Origin: Octopus vulgaris
Taxonomy: Eukaryota
Direction of reading: 5' to 3'
NCBI GenBank assembly: GCA_951406725.2
Contig: OX597818.1
Span: 5,332,001-5,396,000, forward strand
Length of the DNA stretch: 64,000 bases
The translations under genes were made by a program, and so were the position numbers. Every line of letters begins with the position of its first letter. The first letter of the stretch is position 1. A model generated the notes under the pieces. It searched no databases. It was not told where the DNA came from and saw only the letters and a list, made by a program, of their open reading frames with translations. Below, piece after piece: positions 24,580 through 37,139 of the stretch.

Positions 24580-26885
24580 TCAGCTACTTAGGTCTGACAT
24601 TGAATATATAAAAACTTTAAGGTTGACAAGTCTATCAAAGCAACAAAATTCCGAAAATTAAAGAAAAGATATAATATGAAAACCATACTTGACATCGATA
24701 CCACCATAGAAACTATCAAGCAAATGGTATGTGGTAAAGGTGCCCGCATAGCAAGGTATGAAAAGCGTGTTAGATTCTTCAAGGACAAAATGTTAAAAAT
24801 AACCCAAAAACGTTTTACAGGAAAATAGGGAAAATACCAGTTACAGTAAAGTATGTTCCATCAAAAAAAGTGCAGGAGTTTTGGAATAAAATTTGGGCGG
24901 AAGAAAAAACACACAATAAAAAGTCTCATTGGATTGATAGAATATCTACTGAGTTGGAATTCTTAGAAGAGCAAATGTGGGAGCGTATCAAGATACAAGG
25001 TGTAAGATCTGCTATAAAGACGTGAAGCAAACGGAAGTCTCCAGGAATGGATAAAATTCCTAAATTCTGGTTGAATGCCTTCCCAGTGAGTCATGAACTA
25101 CTAACAAAACTTTACAATGATGTGATGCAACAAACTAGTAGGATTCCCTTTTGGCTAGTTAATGGTGTAACATTCCTATTTCCAAAAAATGAATAAACAA
25201 ATGAACCAAAAAATGATAGACCCATAACATGCTTAACAACAATATATAAAATACTAACATCTGCTTTGACTGAATGTACCTATAGTTTTTTAATAGAGAG
25301 TAGTATATTCCCTGATGATCAAAATGGATGTAAACGTAAGTCCTATGGCTGTAAGGATCAGCTACTCATCAATAAAATGATCTTGGAAGATTGTTACCAA
25401 GGAAACAAAAACTTGTCGATAGACTGGATAGACAATAAAAAGGCTTTTGATCGTCTGCCATATGGAATAAAAAATGCCTAAGAAGTATAATATAGCGTCT
25501 ACTGTGAGAAACATCTTGTTTGTAAGTATGAGATCATGGAGAAGCACACTGACTTTGAACAGTGACAATGAATCTCTCAATGCTGTAGATGTAAGAATTT
25601 CATGTGGTATTATCGAGATTGACTTTCTATGAATACTCATCTTTTCTCTCGAAATTGCTCGATGATGTACAATAATGGCCATAAAATGTTTGATTAAAGT
25701 ATAAATCATCTCTTTCACATGGTTGATTTGAAGCGATTTGCAAAAAATCACCAACAACTACAGGGCTTACTAGTGATTGTTAAACAAATCAGTGATGACA
25801 TCAGGATGCAATTTGGCCTCGATAAATGTACAAAAGATACCTTTATCAAAGAAAAATGACATAAACAAAGGTAAAATGACCAGCAAAATGTCATAAAGGA
25901 GTTAGAATTAGCGGAGAGCTACAAATACATAGGGTCATGTGAAGTTGATGGAATCAGACATTCAATGATGAGGGAAAGGATCAGAAGAGAATGTTTTCGC
26001 AGGGTAAGGGCAATACTGAAGACAGAGCTGAATGCAATAAACAAGACCGAAGCAATCAATACTTTAGCAATACCGATTGTGACTTACAGTTTTAATACCA
26101 TTAAGGGGTTAATTACTGAAACGTGTAATATTGACAGGAAAATAGGAAATTTGTTGACAATGCATAGAATGCACCAACCTAAGGCAAGGAAAGAAAAGAA
26201 GGTGGCCGTGGATTTTACAACTGGAACTAACATTGAAGATTGCTACAATTGACCTAGATGCCTACCTGATAAACTTTGATCACTGGATGTTTAAACTTGT
26301 CTTAAAGCATGAAAACATGAAAGCATCATACTCGGTAACAAAACAGGCAAAGGAATATCTAAGTGAATTCCAAATACAATAAATCCCAGAATTCGACATA
26401 CTGGAAAGAAGCATAGAAAAGCTAAACCTGTTGCCTTATTGATAAATGGCAAGAAAAACCTCTCAATGGCAAATACTGAAAGAGAGCTAATAAAGCACTT
26501 GCCCATCAATAGTTAGTGTCTTCTGGCTTAAGATTATAAATAGAAGGGTTTATTATAACTGACCAAGATCAACTCCTACCTACAACGAACTACCAGGCCA
26601 ACATATTAAAGAACAGCAGTAGCCCAACATGTGTATATAAACACAGAATGAAAGAATTCATCATGTTGTCTCCATGTGCAGTCTTCTTGCGCCTACCGAT
26701 TATCTCAACAGGCATGATGGAGCAGCACTGGGTAATTTGATAAGACCTTGACTTACCCCATGGTAAAAACTGGTGGGAACACAAACCACCTGCAGTGCTT
26801 GAAAATGACCACATCTCACCCCTCTCGAACTGAAAGAAAGATAGATTCGAATAGGCCAGACATTATATTTAAAGACTTCAGACTA
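24580..26885 (+). mobile_element. Family A LINE, plus orientation, decayed
   Basis: GCKRKSYGCKDQLLINKMILEDC, WIDNKKAFD, RIRRECFRRVRAILKTELN and KIDSNRPDII, with many stops and frameshifts. Confidence 0.9.
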
Positions 26886-26939
26886 ATATCACACATAACT
26901 GATCAGACTGTTGTAAAAGAAAAACATTCTAACATCAGG

Positions 26940-27950
26940 CTACACCAAGTAACCTTAGATGCCAATAACCCTCCTCAGTATCATAGCTGTTTTCTGGAGT
27001 TGTACTAAACTAGGTTTTATGCCTATTTCATCTATCTATTCAAATCTTTAGGGACACTTCCTATTGCACTTATAACTACTGGGATTCATTTTATCCGCAC
27101 TTTACATAGTTACTGTAATGCAATAGCTATGTCCCGGTACTTTGCCATTCTTTCTATACTTCTCATATTGATTTTGTCAATATTTGGGACTGTAAAGTTA
27201 ATTGTCTGGCATTTTGTATTTTCTTTATCTACTATTACACAATCAAGCCTTACTCTGTCAGTTTGAATGTTAAATTCCCATAACATCTTGCATTTCTTAC
27301 TTTCTGAAACTTTACATGGTTAAGATTCATACTATTTATTAGTATGTTCAATTCCTTGCTTTCTACTCTACCCAGCCCCTAGGTTGTCATGTCTTATGTA
27401 TTCTTTCTATGCCAGCATGCTACATTCACTTACTATATAAGTAACGCTTTCCTCTTCTGATTTACATAACCTACATTAGGAATCTATTTTTGTATATCTT
27501 GGCTATTATCCAATTAGACCTAATGCTTGATCTTGCGCTGCTCCAAACCAACGCTCTGTCTCCCTCATTAGCTTTCATTTCTGTACCATAGCCATGTTTC
27601 ACTACATTATAGAGTCTTGCTTCGGTTGAGAGCAAGTAATATAAATTTGTCCTATTGCTGCAACTATCATTGGGAATCTATCATGCAACCCATTCTCTTG
27701 CCTGTCAGATAATTTCTGTTCCTTTTGTTGATTTTTACCTTCGTTTGGATGTTTGGTTTCCCTATTTCGTGCTGCGGCCCTAGCAACTCTTGGTAAACAT
27801 TATTCATTATTACCTACACAGGAGTCTATATCTACCTTTGCGTTTCTTTGATATATGATTTCCATTATATTTTTCGGATATAATGCTTTCTCATTCTTGT
27901 GGTGCAATATTTTGCATGCTTTTATTCACCGAATGAGTTCAATGTCAACT
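26940..27950 (-). mobile_element. RLE LINE 3' portion, different family, old
   Basis: Minus strand AAQDQALG and KYRDIAIALQ...IPVVISAIGSVPKDL...LQKTAMILRRVIGI*. Confidence 0.7.
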
Positions 27951-28000
27951 AAAGCCTTCATTTATCTATATGTATGCTACGAAATAACTTTCACATGCTG

Positions 28001-28043
<43 letters not shown>

Positions 28044-28046
<3 letters not shown>

Positions 28047-28833
28047 CCAAGCACTATATGAGAGAGATTTTCTTTAAGTATTAGAAATGGTTTTTAAAAA
28101 AGTTTTTTAGCTGCTATTTCTAATGAGTTCAGTATGCGGCAAAGTAATTTATTTTACTAAGCCCTTTTATATATTGTAATAATTTGAATTCGCCTTAAAT
28201 GGTCCCTTTGCATACTGAACACTTGGTGAAATTAATTAATAATTAATTAATTTTACCCTCAATTGTTGAAATTATAATTAATCTCCCTCTAATTAATGCT
28301 TCGGATTTTACCGAAATAAGCAGAGTGTTTGTTGATTTTAACCCACGCTGGTGGAAAGGGGAGAGCAGAAATTCTTCGCTTGCATGTTTGAGTTTGTTGG
28401 CACTGTTAGTTACGAGCAGATCTTCGAAAGCGATGAGAGGCCGAAAAAGTATGCTCTCACTTTCAGTGTTTTCAAATCCAAACCAAGGAGTTTCTGAGCT
28501 GATGATAGAAGTGTCGTGATGACTAATCTTGAAACGTACGTTCTCAAATAACCTTTGCATTTGATTTTTTGATGTCTTTACCCCCAAACTTTCGTGGGTT
28601 GAGTTGACCAAGCACTATATGAGAGAGATTTTCTTTAAGTATTAGAAATGGTTTTTAAAAAAGTTTTTTAGCTGCTATTTCTAATGAGTTCAGTATGCGG
28701 CAAAGTAATTTATTTTACTAAGCCCTTTTATATATTGTAATAATTTGAATTCGCCTTAAATGGTCCCTTTGCATACTGAACACTTGGTGAAATTAATTAA
28801 TAATTAATTAATTTTACCCTCAATTGTTGAAAT
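28044..28833 (+). mobile_element. (TA)n-embedded partial tandem: 561-bp unit with identical 229-bp terminal direct repeats (pLTR/retrozyme-like)
   Basis: 28044-28272 is repeated at 28605-28833 (offset 561). (TA)n lies on both sides and the unique part contains a hammerhead motif. Confidence 0.8.
28495..28546 (+). ncRNA. Type I hammerhead ribozyme motif
   Basis: Stem I tgag/ctca; CTGATGA 28499-28505; imperfect stem II (aga..gtc/gac..tct); GAAA 28531-34; palindromic stem III ACGTACGT; GUU triplet ending at 28542. Confidence 0.65.
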
Positions 28834-28838
28834 ATATA

Positions 28839-28874
<36 letters not shown>

Positions 28875-29149
28875 TGTATGTATGTATGTATATATGTATG
28901 TATGTATGTATGTATTCGGGTTTGTGCGCATGTGTATTGTATTTCTATATGTATGCAAAAATATATGCATAATAATAGACGAAATATTTAGGCGTATATT
29001 TCGTGATTTAAAATTCCAGTTTTGCAAAATCTTAAGCTTTCTTACTGACTTATAATTACTTTGGGACTTATTTTTGAGTCTTTGTTACTTTATACATACC
29101 ATTGAGAGAAATCGTAAGAAACATGGAACAAGGAGAAAACTGCACGGCG

Positions 29150-30160
29150 CTGTTATACTGATTTCAAATTTTGGCACATGCCAGCAATTGCAAGGAAGTA
29201 GGCAAATCGATTTGGTTACGTATTTTGTCGATTCCGAAATGATGAAAGCCAATTCGGCTTCGGAAGAATTTACACTAAAAACGTGTAGACAGATGAAATA
29301 TCGCTGAGTATTTTCCCGTCGTCCTAACGACCTTGGCAGCTCGCCGCTTTATACTATTCATATTTTATTAATGAATAAGTCGGCGAGCTGGCAGAATCGT
29401 TGCTGCCCCAGAGAAGATACTAAGCGGTATTTCTTCAGTCATTACGTTTTGAATCCTTTCCGCGGAGATAAAATAAGTACCAGTTGGTGGAACCAATGCT
29501 GAATTTAAAGTTTAGCTCAAGGCTAGAAATTGTAAGCGCTGGGTTTGTTGTAACTGAATACACATTCTCTTAAAATTTCATACCTTGTGACTATAGCTGA
29601 AAGGAATATTACCACTGAATATAAGGCGGCGAGATAGGATCGATGTAATCAGCTTATTACTTCCCCCAACTTTGCTAGCCTTGTGCCAAAATTTGAAACT
29701 AATATTACCGTTCAATATAAAGCGGTGAAGTGGTAGAATCATTAGTACACCTGCCAGTATGCATAGCGGAATTTCTTCCGTTTTCACGTTATGAGTTCAA
29801 ATTCCGCTGAGGTTGCCTATGTCTTTCATCATTTCGAGTCCGTTAAAATAAGTACCATTTGATCATTGAGGTCTATGTAATCGATTAGCTCCCACTCCCG
29901 AAATTGCTTTTCATCGGCCAAAACGTCAAATCAATATTGCCAATGAGAAGACGGCGAACTAACCGAATCGTTCGCACGACCGAATAGATGCTTAGCGGCA
30001 TTTCGTTCGTCGTTGCATTCTGATTTCAAATACCACCGAGGTCGACTTTTTTCTTCAATCCTTTCGGAGGAAACTACAAGTGGAGTACTAGGGTCGATGC
30101 GATCGACTTTGTCTCTCCCCCGAAACTCCCGACATTCTGCCAAAATCTAAAATCAATATT
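29150..30160. mobile_element. Cluster of about 4-5 family 1 SINE copies and fragments (one minus, the rest plus)
   Basis: Repeated ggcgagctggcagaatcgtt, gagttcaaattccgc, ataagtacca and gatgtaatcga blocks. Confidence 0.75.
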
Positions 30161-30749
30161 TTATTATATGAATGAATGTACTAATACATAATGTATGACA
30201 TGTAATTTTAAGACATTAATAATATAGGCCTAAACAAGTAAGTTCAACATCCTTTGAAAATAATTACAAAACAGATATATCAACTTGAAATCAAGTATTG
30301 AATATAATAGTGAGTGCTGTAACAAGAGCTAAAAGCAAATAAATAAAGGAAAGAGGAATAGCCTTTAACACATCACTTTTCAAACACTCTCCACGGAAAT
30401 TAATTGCAAGAGGACAGAATGTAGCTAAAATACATGACAACTAAAAAAGAGAAAGAGAAATGTCACATACAAAAAAAAAATGTAAGCAAACAGAAAATAA
30501 TAGCTATTTAGAATGCTCCAGAATTTGCACAAACATAATCTTAAGATAAAACCGCCTATACACTTTCCTTTATTTTGCTATTATTCATATATTTTATTCT
30601 ATTTTGGTCAAATTACGTTCGGTTCGGTTCAATCCCCTATCGACTGAAAACATACGCGTTTTTCACAGAGACGCGTGCATTTTCAATCTCCATTTACATC
30701 AAATATACTTTTTTTTATTATCATTATCGCTATTATTATTATTTTTTTT

Positions 30750-32073
30750 CTTCTTCTTTCAAATTTGCTTCCATTTCTTGCCGAGCGTCTTCCCGACGCC
30801 TAGGGCAAAGAAACTCATAGTATGCATTGGTAGGCCATTAAACCAAACTCAATAGTTCGTTAATTTTTTTAATTTTTTAAAGAAATTTTTTAAGGTTAAA
30901 TTAAAATAAATGGGCAGTAACAGCTCTCACAGCGACAATGCTCTCCTCAATACGTGTGATGTACCAGTTAAGACAATCTTTTGCACTTCTTGCAGGGATG
31001 GTAAGCCAGGAATCATTCTCATATAATTTTCGGTTCCCTTCTTGATCATTCCTAGTGCTCCTACGATCACTGGTATTGTAACCGCCTTGAGATGCCACAT
31101 TTTCTCAATTTCAATGAGCAGGTCTTTATATTTTCTGAGCTTGTCAAACTTTTTCGCCGAGATATTATGATCACAGGGGATGCTTATGTCGATCAATAAG
31201 CAAACTTTATTGTCTCTGTCTTTCACAACAATATCTGGTTTATTGGCTTTGATGGTTCGGTCTGTAAGTACTGGAAAGTCCCACAGAATGGTTACATTTT
31301 CTCCTTCAGTTACAGCTTCAGGGTGGTGATTATACCACTTGTCGGCAGTTTTGATATTGTAATGCCGACTTATTAGCCAGTGTAGATATGCCTTAATTTA
31401 TACTCCACTGGTGCTAAGATTTTACATCCAGAGATTAGGTGGTCCACTGTTTCAATCATGTCATTGCAGAATCGGCATTTTGGGTCTGCTCCATTTTTCA
31501 TTACATTGGCCTGGTAGTTCCGGGTTAATAGGCTTTGATCTTGAGCTGCCAGGTTGAAACCTTCGCTCTCGGCTTTTAGCTCTGAGCTCCGTAGCCACTG
31601 ATGGGTTTGCTTCTGGTCAACATCAGCTTGTTTGCTACGGGCCACATATTTGCCGTGCAGAGGTTTCTCCTCCCACCTATCAGCCAATTGCTCGTGCGCT
31701 TTTTTCGTTGCCATTATTTTCACCTTCTTTGCAACAATAGTTGCCGTACTTCCCTCGGGTTGTTCAGTTTGGGTATCCTGCACGAGATCAATAGCAAATT
31801 TTTTGCTTTCCTTTATGATAGAATGAAGCTTCTTTCGTCTCTCGTGATTTTCCACGAGCTTTAGCATCCAGTCATTCGTTATTTCAAGATATTTGGCCAG
31901 TCCAATTGTGGTTGTTTTGTAAGCTAGTTCAAATTGGATCAGGCCTCGACCTCCTCGGGCTCTGGGAAGGTAAAGGCGATCTACGTCTGCCTTTGGGTGG
32001 TGCATCCTATTACAACTCAGCAGCTTGCGTATTTTCCTGTCTATATTCTTTACTTCACTCATATTCCAGTTCA
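30750..32073 (-). mobile_element. R4/Dong-like RLE LINE, family B, 5'-truncated, flanked by (TTA)n
   Basis: ORFs 31373-32073 and 30927-31226: MHHPKADVDRLYLPR, CRFC...H...C zinc finger, KPDI, KYKDL...TIPVIVGALG. (TTA)n at 32074-32218 and about 30715-30745. Confidence 0.92.
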
Positions 32074-32199
<126 letters not shown>

Positions 32200-32218
32200 T
32201 ATTATTATTATTATTATT

Positions 32219-32435
32219 GAGGTGGCGACCTGCCAGAATCATTAACACGCCGGGCAAAACGCTTGACGGCTTTTCGCCCATCACTACCTTCTGAGTTGAA
32301 ATTCCTGCGAGGTCGACTTTGCCTATCATCCTTTGGGGGTTGATAAAATAAGAACCAGCTTAACACAGGGGTCGATGAAGTAGATTCATCGCCTCCTCTA
32401 AAATTAATGCCCCTGTAGCAAAATTTGATATTATT
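32219..32435 (+). mobile_element. tRNA-derived SINE, family 1
   Basis: ggtggcgacctgccagaatcattaacacgccgggc...gaggtcgactttgcctatcatcc. Confidence 0.8.
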
Positions 32436-32439
32436 ATAA

Positions 32440-32880
32440 TGTGAAAGAACATTGAATGTCATCAAAGTGACACTGAGTAAAATATACGACGCCCAGTATA
32501 ACCATCATGACTACCTGTCTGATAAGGGTACACCAGGTATATGCATCACAAGCATATGTGCACGCCATGGGGATCTCACTCATATCAAGGTAAACAGTAC
32601 ATATCCTTGCAGGTGGGGCTCAGTTAAAATTTTCTTCAGATCGAGTGGCCCATCCCTTTCAAAAGGTCCCTGAATAAGGCTTGTTTAAGGATGTTAAACA
32701 AAACACGTACGCTTCCAGAGGTGAATTATTTAAACACCAAAGAATCCTCCTCAAAAACATGGCTATGATGCTCCGCCACTACTTGTGCTTGGGGTCAGAG
32801 ATGCACATATCGTCAGCCACTAAAGGACATGCTCAACTGGCAACATGCGTATGGTCAAACGACTGACAAGCAAATATCAC
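32440..32880. repeat. Non-coding interspersed repeat (second copy at 46750-47370)
   Basis: catcaaagtgacactg...catcatgacta...gatgcacatatc aligns by eye with 46770-47240. Confidence 0.8.
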
Positions 32881-32889
32881 GTCTTAATT

Positions 32890-33130
32890 TGCTGGGTATG
32901 ATGGAAATTGTCAGCTGTCAACAGTCAGCAGACTAAGGACACTCATTTAATGGGCATGTTTCAAGTACTCTGCGAAGAATTCTTGTAATTCCAAGCAATG
33001 CTGATTTTTGTAGGTGTTCTGCTTTCACACTCACACAAATCTTTTTCTGCCATGTTAGTAGTTGTGTGGTGATAGATCCAAGTGCACCAATTACTATTGG
33101 TATCACGTTTACTCTCTTCATTGACCACAT
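32890..33130 (-). mobile_element. Short RLE LINE 3' end, another family
   Basis: MWSMKRVNVIPIVIGALGSI...LQKSALLGITRILRRVLE. Confidence 0.8.
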
Positions 33131-33264
33131 ACTTCGTATTTCTAATCACGTCTGCTTTCTTCATTGTCCACAAACTTATTTCTCTTCATTGTGATCAGCC
33201 TTCGTATTTCTCTTCATTAACTGCAACATACGTATTTTCTTTCATTGACCACAACCTTTATTAC

Positions 33265-33295
<31 letters not shown>

Positions 33296-33296
<1 letters not shown>

Positions 33297-34047
33297 TATG
33301 TTTGACTTTTGCTTTATATTTGTACAAGTTGGCTCCAAGTCTCACCGAGAGACCTCAAGAGACAACAGGGTTGGAAGTTCATGTTGTTGTTATGCCTAGT
33401 GTGCCATATATTTGAGGGGTGGGGGTGTTGTACTAATGAATGTCTAAAAAAAAGTTTTTTTTTTTTTTTAAACCGAAAATTATGTTTGTTTTAAACCTTG
33501 AGATTACATAGAAAGTATTTTGCGTAGGATATGAGCAGTTCCCATGAGCACTATCTTTTGAATTTCTGCCATTTTTGGGTTTCCTGGTATCTGAGTTAGG
33601 TAGCTATCAGCCCCTTTTGCTATCATTCCCAGGGCACCTATGACAACAGGTATTGTTTTAGTCTTCAGCTTCCACATTTTGCTGATTTCTATTTCAAGAT
33701 CTTTATATTTGCTCAGTTTTGGTAGGTCTTGACAGATACGTTTATATCGATTGGGACAGTCATATCAATGAGGAGGCATGTTCTTTGTTTGAAGTCTTTC
33801 AATATGATGTCTGGCCTATTTGCATCTATCTTTCTGTCAGTTTGAATGGTGAAGTTCCAGAGGAGTGAGATGTTGTCATTTTCAAGCACTGGGGGTGGTT
33901 TGTGTTCCCACCAGTTTTTTTCATGGGGCAAATCCAGGTTTTTACAGATTACCCAGTGAATATATTGTGCAGCTCTATCATGCCTGTTGAGATACTCTGT
34001 AGGCGCTAGAAGACTGCACTTGGCGATAACATGATCAATGGTTTCAT

Positions 34048-34052
<5 letters not shown>
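33296..34052 (-). mobile_element. Family A LINE, 5'-truncated, (TTA)n on both sides
   Basis: WWEHKPPPVLENDNISLLWNFTIQTDRKIDANRPDII; nearly the same sequence as 40605-41365. Confidence 0.92.
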
Positions 34053-34116
<64 letters not shown>

Positions 34117-34120
34117 GTTA

Positions 34121-34151
<31 letters not shown>

Positions 34152-34153
34152 CA

Positions 34154-34184
<31 letters not shown>

Positions 34185-34189
34185 TATTA

Positions 34190-35400
34190 CTAGCAGAAAG
34201 ACTGCCCTCCGGGCGATTTTCTGCTAGCCACCCAATAATATTTCCAGATTGCATTCCCAATTCTAATAATTTTATTATTTTATGTCTACTTATTTCTTTG
34301 TATAATAGTGATCCCTTGTTTAATAGATATTTTATCAGTCATTATCTCTCTTTTTTTTAAGAGTCAATCTGTTATATTTATTTATCATTGAAATTGGTCG
34401 AACTTATATTAATAATTGGTAGAACTTACATACGTTTGCATAGATAGATAGATATGTAGATAGATAGATAGATAGATGGAGGGATGCACGCGCGCGCACA
34501 CACACACACACAACATCTGATGCTGTGAGAACACACGAGAATGACGTTTCCTTACTTTTTCAAATATACCCAAGCATAAGATGATCTAATATAACGATAT
34601 CATTCATTCAGCATCTGTTTAAATATACCAAAACAATTTAATTCCACACAAATATATGTTACTTTACATATAATTTGCATTAATTCTATTTACTGAAACT
34701 TGCTAAAAGGCATATTTTGCTTTAAAGTAGTATTTGCTTTAGACACAAATGTCAGTAATCATACAATTTCCATTTCTCTCGGCCAATATTTTTACATTAG
34801 CCTTCTTTTGAACTCTAGATAGTGCTACATACATCTGACCATGTGAGAAGAATTGTGTCTGAAGATATATTCCGATTTCTTCAAAATTCCATCCCAGTGT
34901 CTTGTTGCACGTCAAGGCAAAAGATGTCTTGACAGGAAATGGTTTGCGTATAAATGGAAATGGAAATTCCATTTCTTGAGATACATGTGTTATTCTTGGG
35001 ATTAGCAGAGTTGATCCTGCATAAGGACCACAAGCAACCTCAGCCTCAAAAATATGACCATGGAAACTGACAATGATGTAGTGTGTGCAATTGCAATGTC
35101 CATTAGAAGCATGTAAATTTATCAGAAGCATTGTGCATCGTTTTTTTATCAGTTTGACAATGTGGAAACCCTGATGGTATAAGCTTGTTGATTACCTCAA
35201 AAAGTATAGCTAAACAACAAGCTGAAGAGATCCACCAACAAACGACAAACCAACCACATTTGCGATCGCTGCAGTAGTGACTGTCACTCACTCATTGACC
35301 TTGTCAATCACAAGCGATGCTGCAAAACCAATCCAATCCAACGCGCAGATCCTTAGTATTTCGAGACGAACGGATGCCAATCATCGTTTATATATATATA
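34190..35400 (-). mobile_element. Helitron remnant with PIF1-like helicase C-terminal fragment (34739-35131)
   Basis: LLINL..NGHCN, LIPRI, PFPFIRKPFPVKTSFALTCNKTLG and FSHGQMYVALSRV are Helitron helicase motifs. The 3' end has the hairpin gccc/gggc and CTAG followed by T at 34190. Confidence 0.85.
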
Positions 35401-35438
35401 TATATTCATCTCTCTCCCTCTCCCCCTGTCTCTCTCTG

Positions 35439-35475
<37 letters not shown>

Positions 35476-36019
35476 CGGGCTTTCAGTTTCCTTCTACCAA
35501 ACCCACTCACGTGGCTTTTGTTTCTCCTAGTCTATAGCAGAAGACACTCTCTAAAGTATAGAGTTGAATTTCGTTGGCAACTTTTCTCCCCCATCCATTT
35601 TGTGGGAGCTATCACCGTTCGAAATTTGCATTAGTTTTTGTATGAAAAAGAAAGTAAGTAGGGGTTTGTGTGTAGTTTGTAGAGAAAACGCTACACGTGC
35701 CTGAAAAGCAACATTATCTTTCCGTACCAACTAAAAGACATGAAGTATTATCAAAGAAGACGAATAAGTACCGGTATCGGGGAAAAGAAAGAACTAACAC
35801 TCGATCGTTCTAGAACCCCCAGAATGAAAACGTAAACACTTGAAACACTTTCCCTTCTATTCATTACCAAATGTGTTTCCCTCTTCTTCATTGTTAAAAA
35901 ACAAAGAAGGTAGAAAAGATCGATCGTATTTCAGTCTAATTGTCATTTTAAATGACTGATGCTTTCCTTTCCCTGTCCTTATCACTTCATCCCTTTTCTC
36001 TACGGTTAAGATAGAGAAA

Positions 36020-36310
36020 GTGCGTGGCTCAGTGTGTAGGGGTATAGAGCCCACTATCGTAAAGACATGAGGACGATTCCAGGTGTCGCGTCTTCTTCTT
36101 GAGCAATTTACTCTACTTCACTTTGCTGCAGTTCACTCATCTGGCAAAAATGAGTTGTAGCTGTAATTCAAAGGGGCCAGCCTTGCCACATTCTACGTTA
36201 TGGTATGCATGTCTGTGTAGTATTCAGCCTCTTGCCCGTTAATTTTACGAGTAGACTATTCCGTGGATTGGATAAAGAGGAACCTCGTCGTCGTAACCGA
36301 CGGAGTGCCA
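36020..36310 (+). mobile_element. tRNA-derived SINE, family 2
   Basis: A-box-like gcgtggctcagtg, degenerate B-box gacgattcc, then cttgagcaa...cactcatctggcaaaaatgagttgtagctg. Partial copies at 36630-36790 and 21960-22130. Confidence 0.65.
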
Positions 36311-37139
36311 TTTTTTAAAAAGAGTAAAAAAAAAAGGAAATGTTCCATTTCGTATGGCAAAAATGTCTTGTGCTTAGTATAAGCCGTGAAAACTAAGCTG
36401 AAATATTTGCTATTCTGTCGTGTAGTGACCTCGCCATCGACATACGCTTAGTTTGATAACAACAGCGTGCACATCGGTGTTTATCTGGGGGCTTGGCTTC
36501 CAGATCTATGAGACCCAGAAATGCTGCTGTTAGGACCGGATTAACACCCATAGTGACCCGAATGTCTAAAAATATTTTCTTGTCCCTATATAGTGTATTT
36601 TTTCGTTTTCTTCCAACAACATGAAGGTTTATCTTGCTCCAGTCCATTCAGCTCGCCAGATTGAGTTGTAGCCGTAATTCAAAGAGGCCAGCCTTGTAAT
36701 ATTCTGTGTGAGGATGAATTCTCTTGAAAACTACGTTAATGGTATGCATGTCGGTGGGCTTTTCAGCCATTTGCAAGTTAAGTTTATCCTCATGCCGTAA
36801 TAAAAAGAGAAAGTATTTGCTGCAGATATTTGCCTTTGATTTAACAATGTGTCTATGTATCTATATATCAACATTTATTTCGATCTATGTATCTACTTTG
36901 CTTCCGAGATATACTTTTCTTGCAATGTATGTATCAGTCTACTCCAAAAATAACATTTAAAAACACAAAGCGAAGGCTGTCACCACTCACAGTCTCACTC
37001 ATTTACTATCTCTCTCTCTCCCTTTGTCCTCCTCTCCCTTGCTTTGCCACTCACTTCTTTAGAAGTAAGTGTGATATACACGACGGGTATATCACACTTT
37101 AAAAAAGTCGGCATATTAATATTATTGATAATTAATATT

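Noticed and set aside
28243-28611. 122-aa minus-strand ORF within the 561-bp unit
   Set aside because: Non-ATG start, no recognisable RT or GIY-YIG motif, and antisense to the hammerhead.
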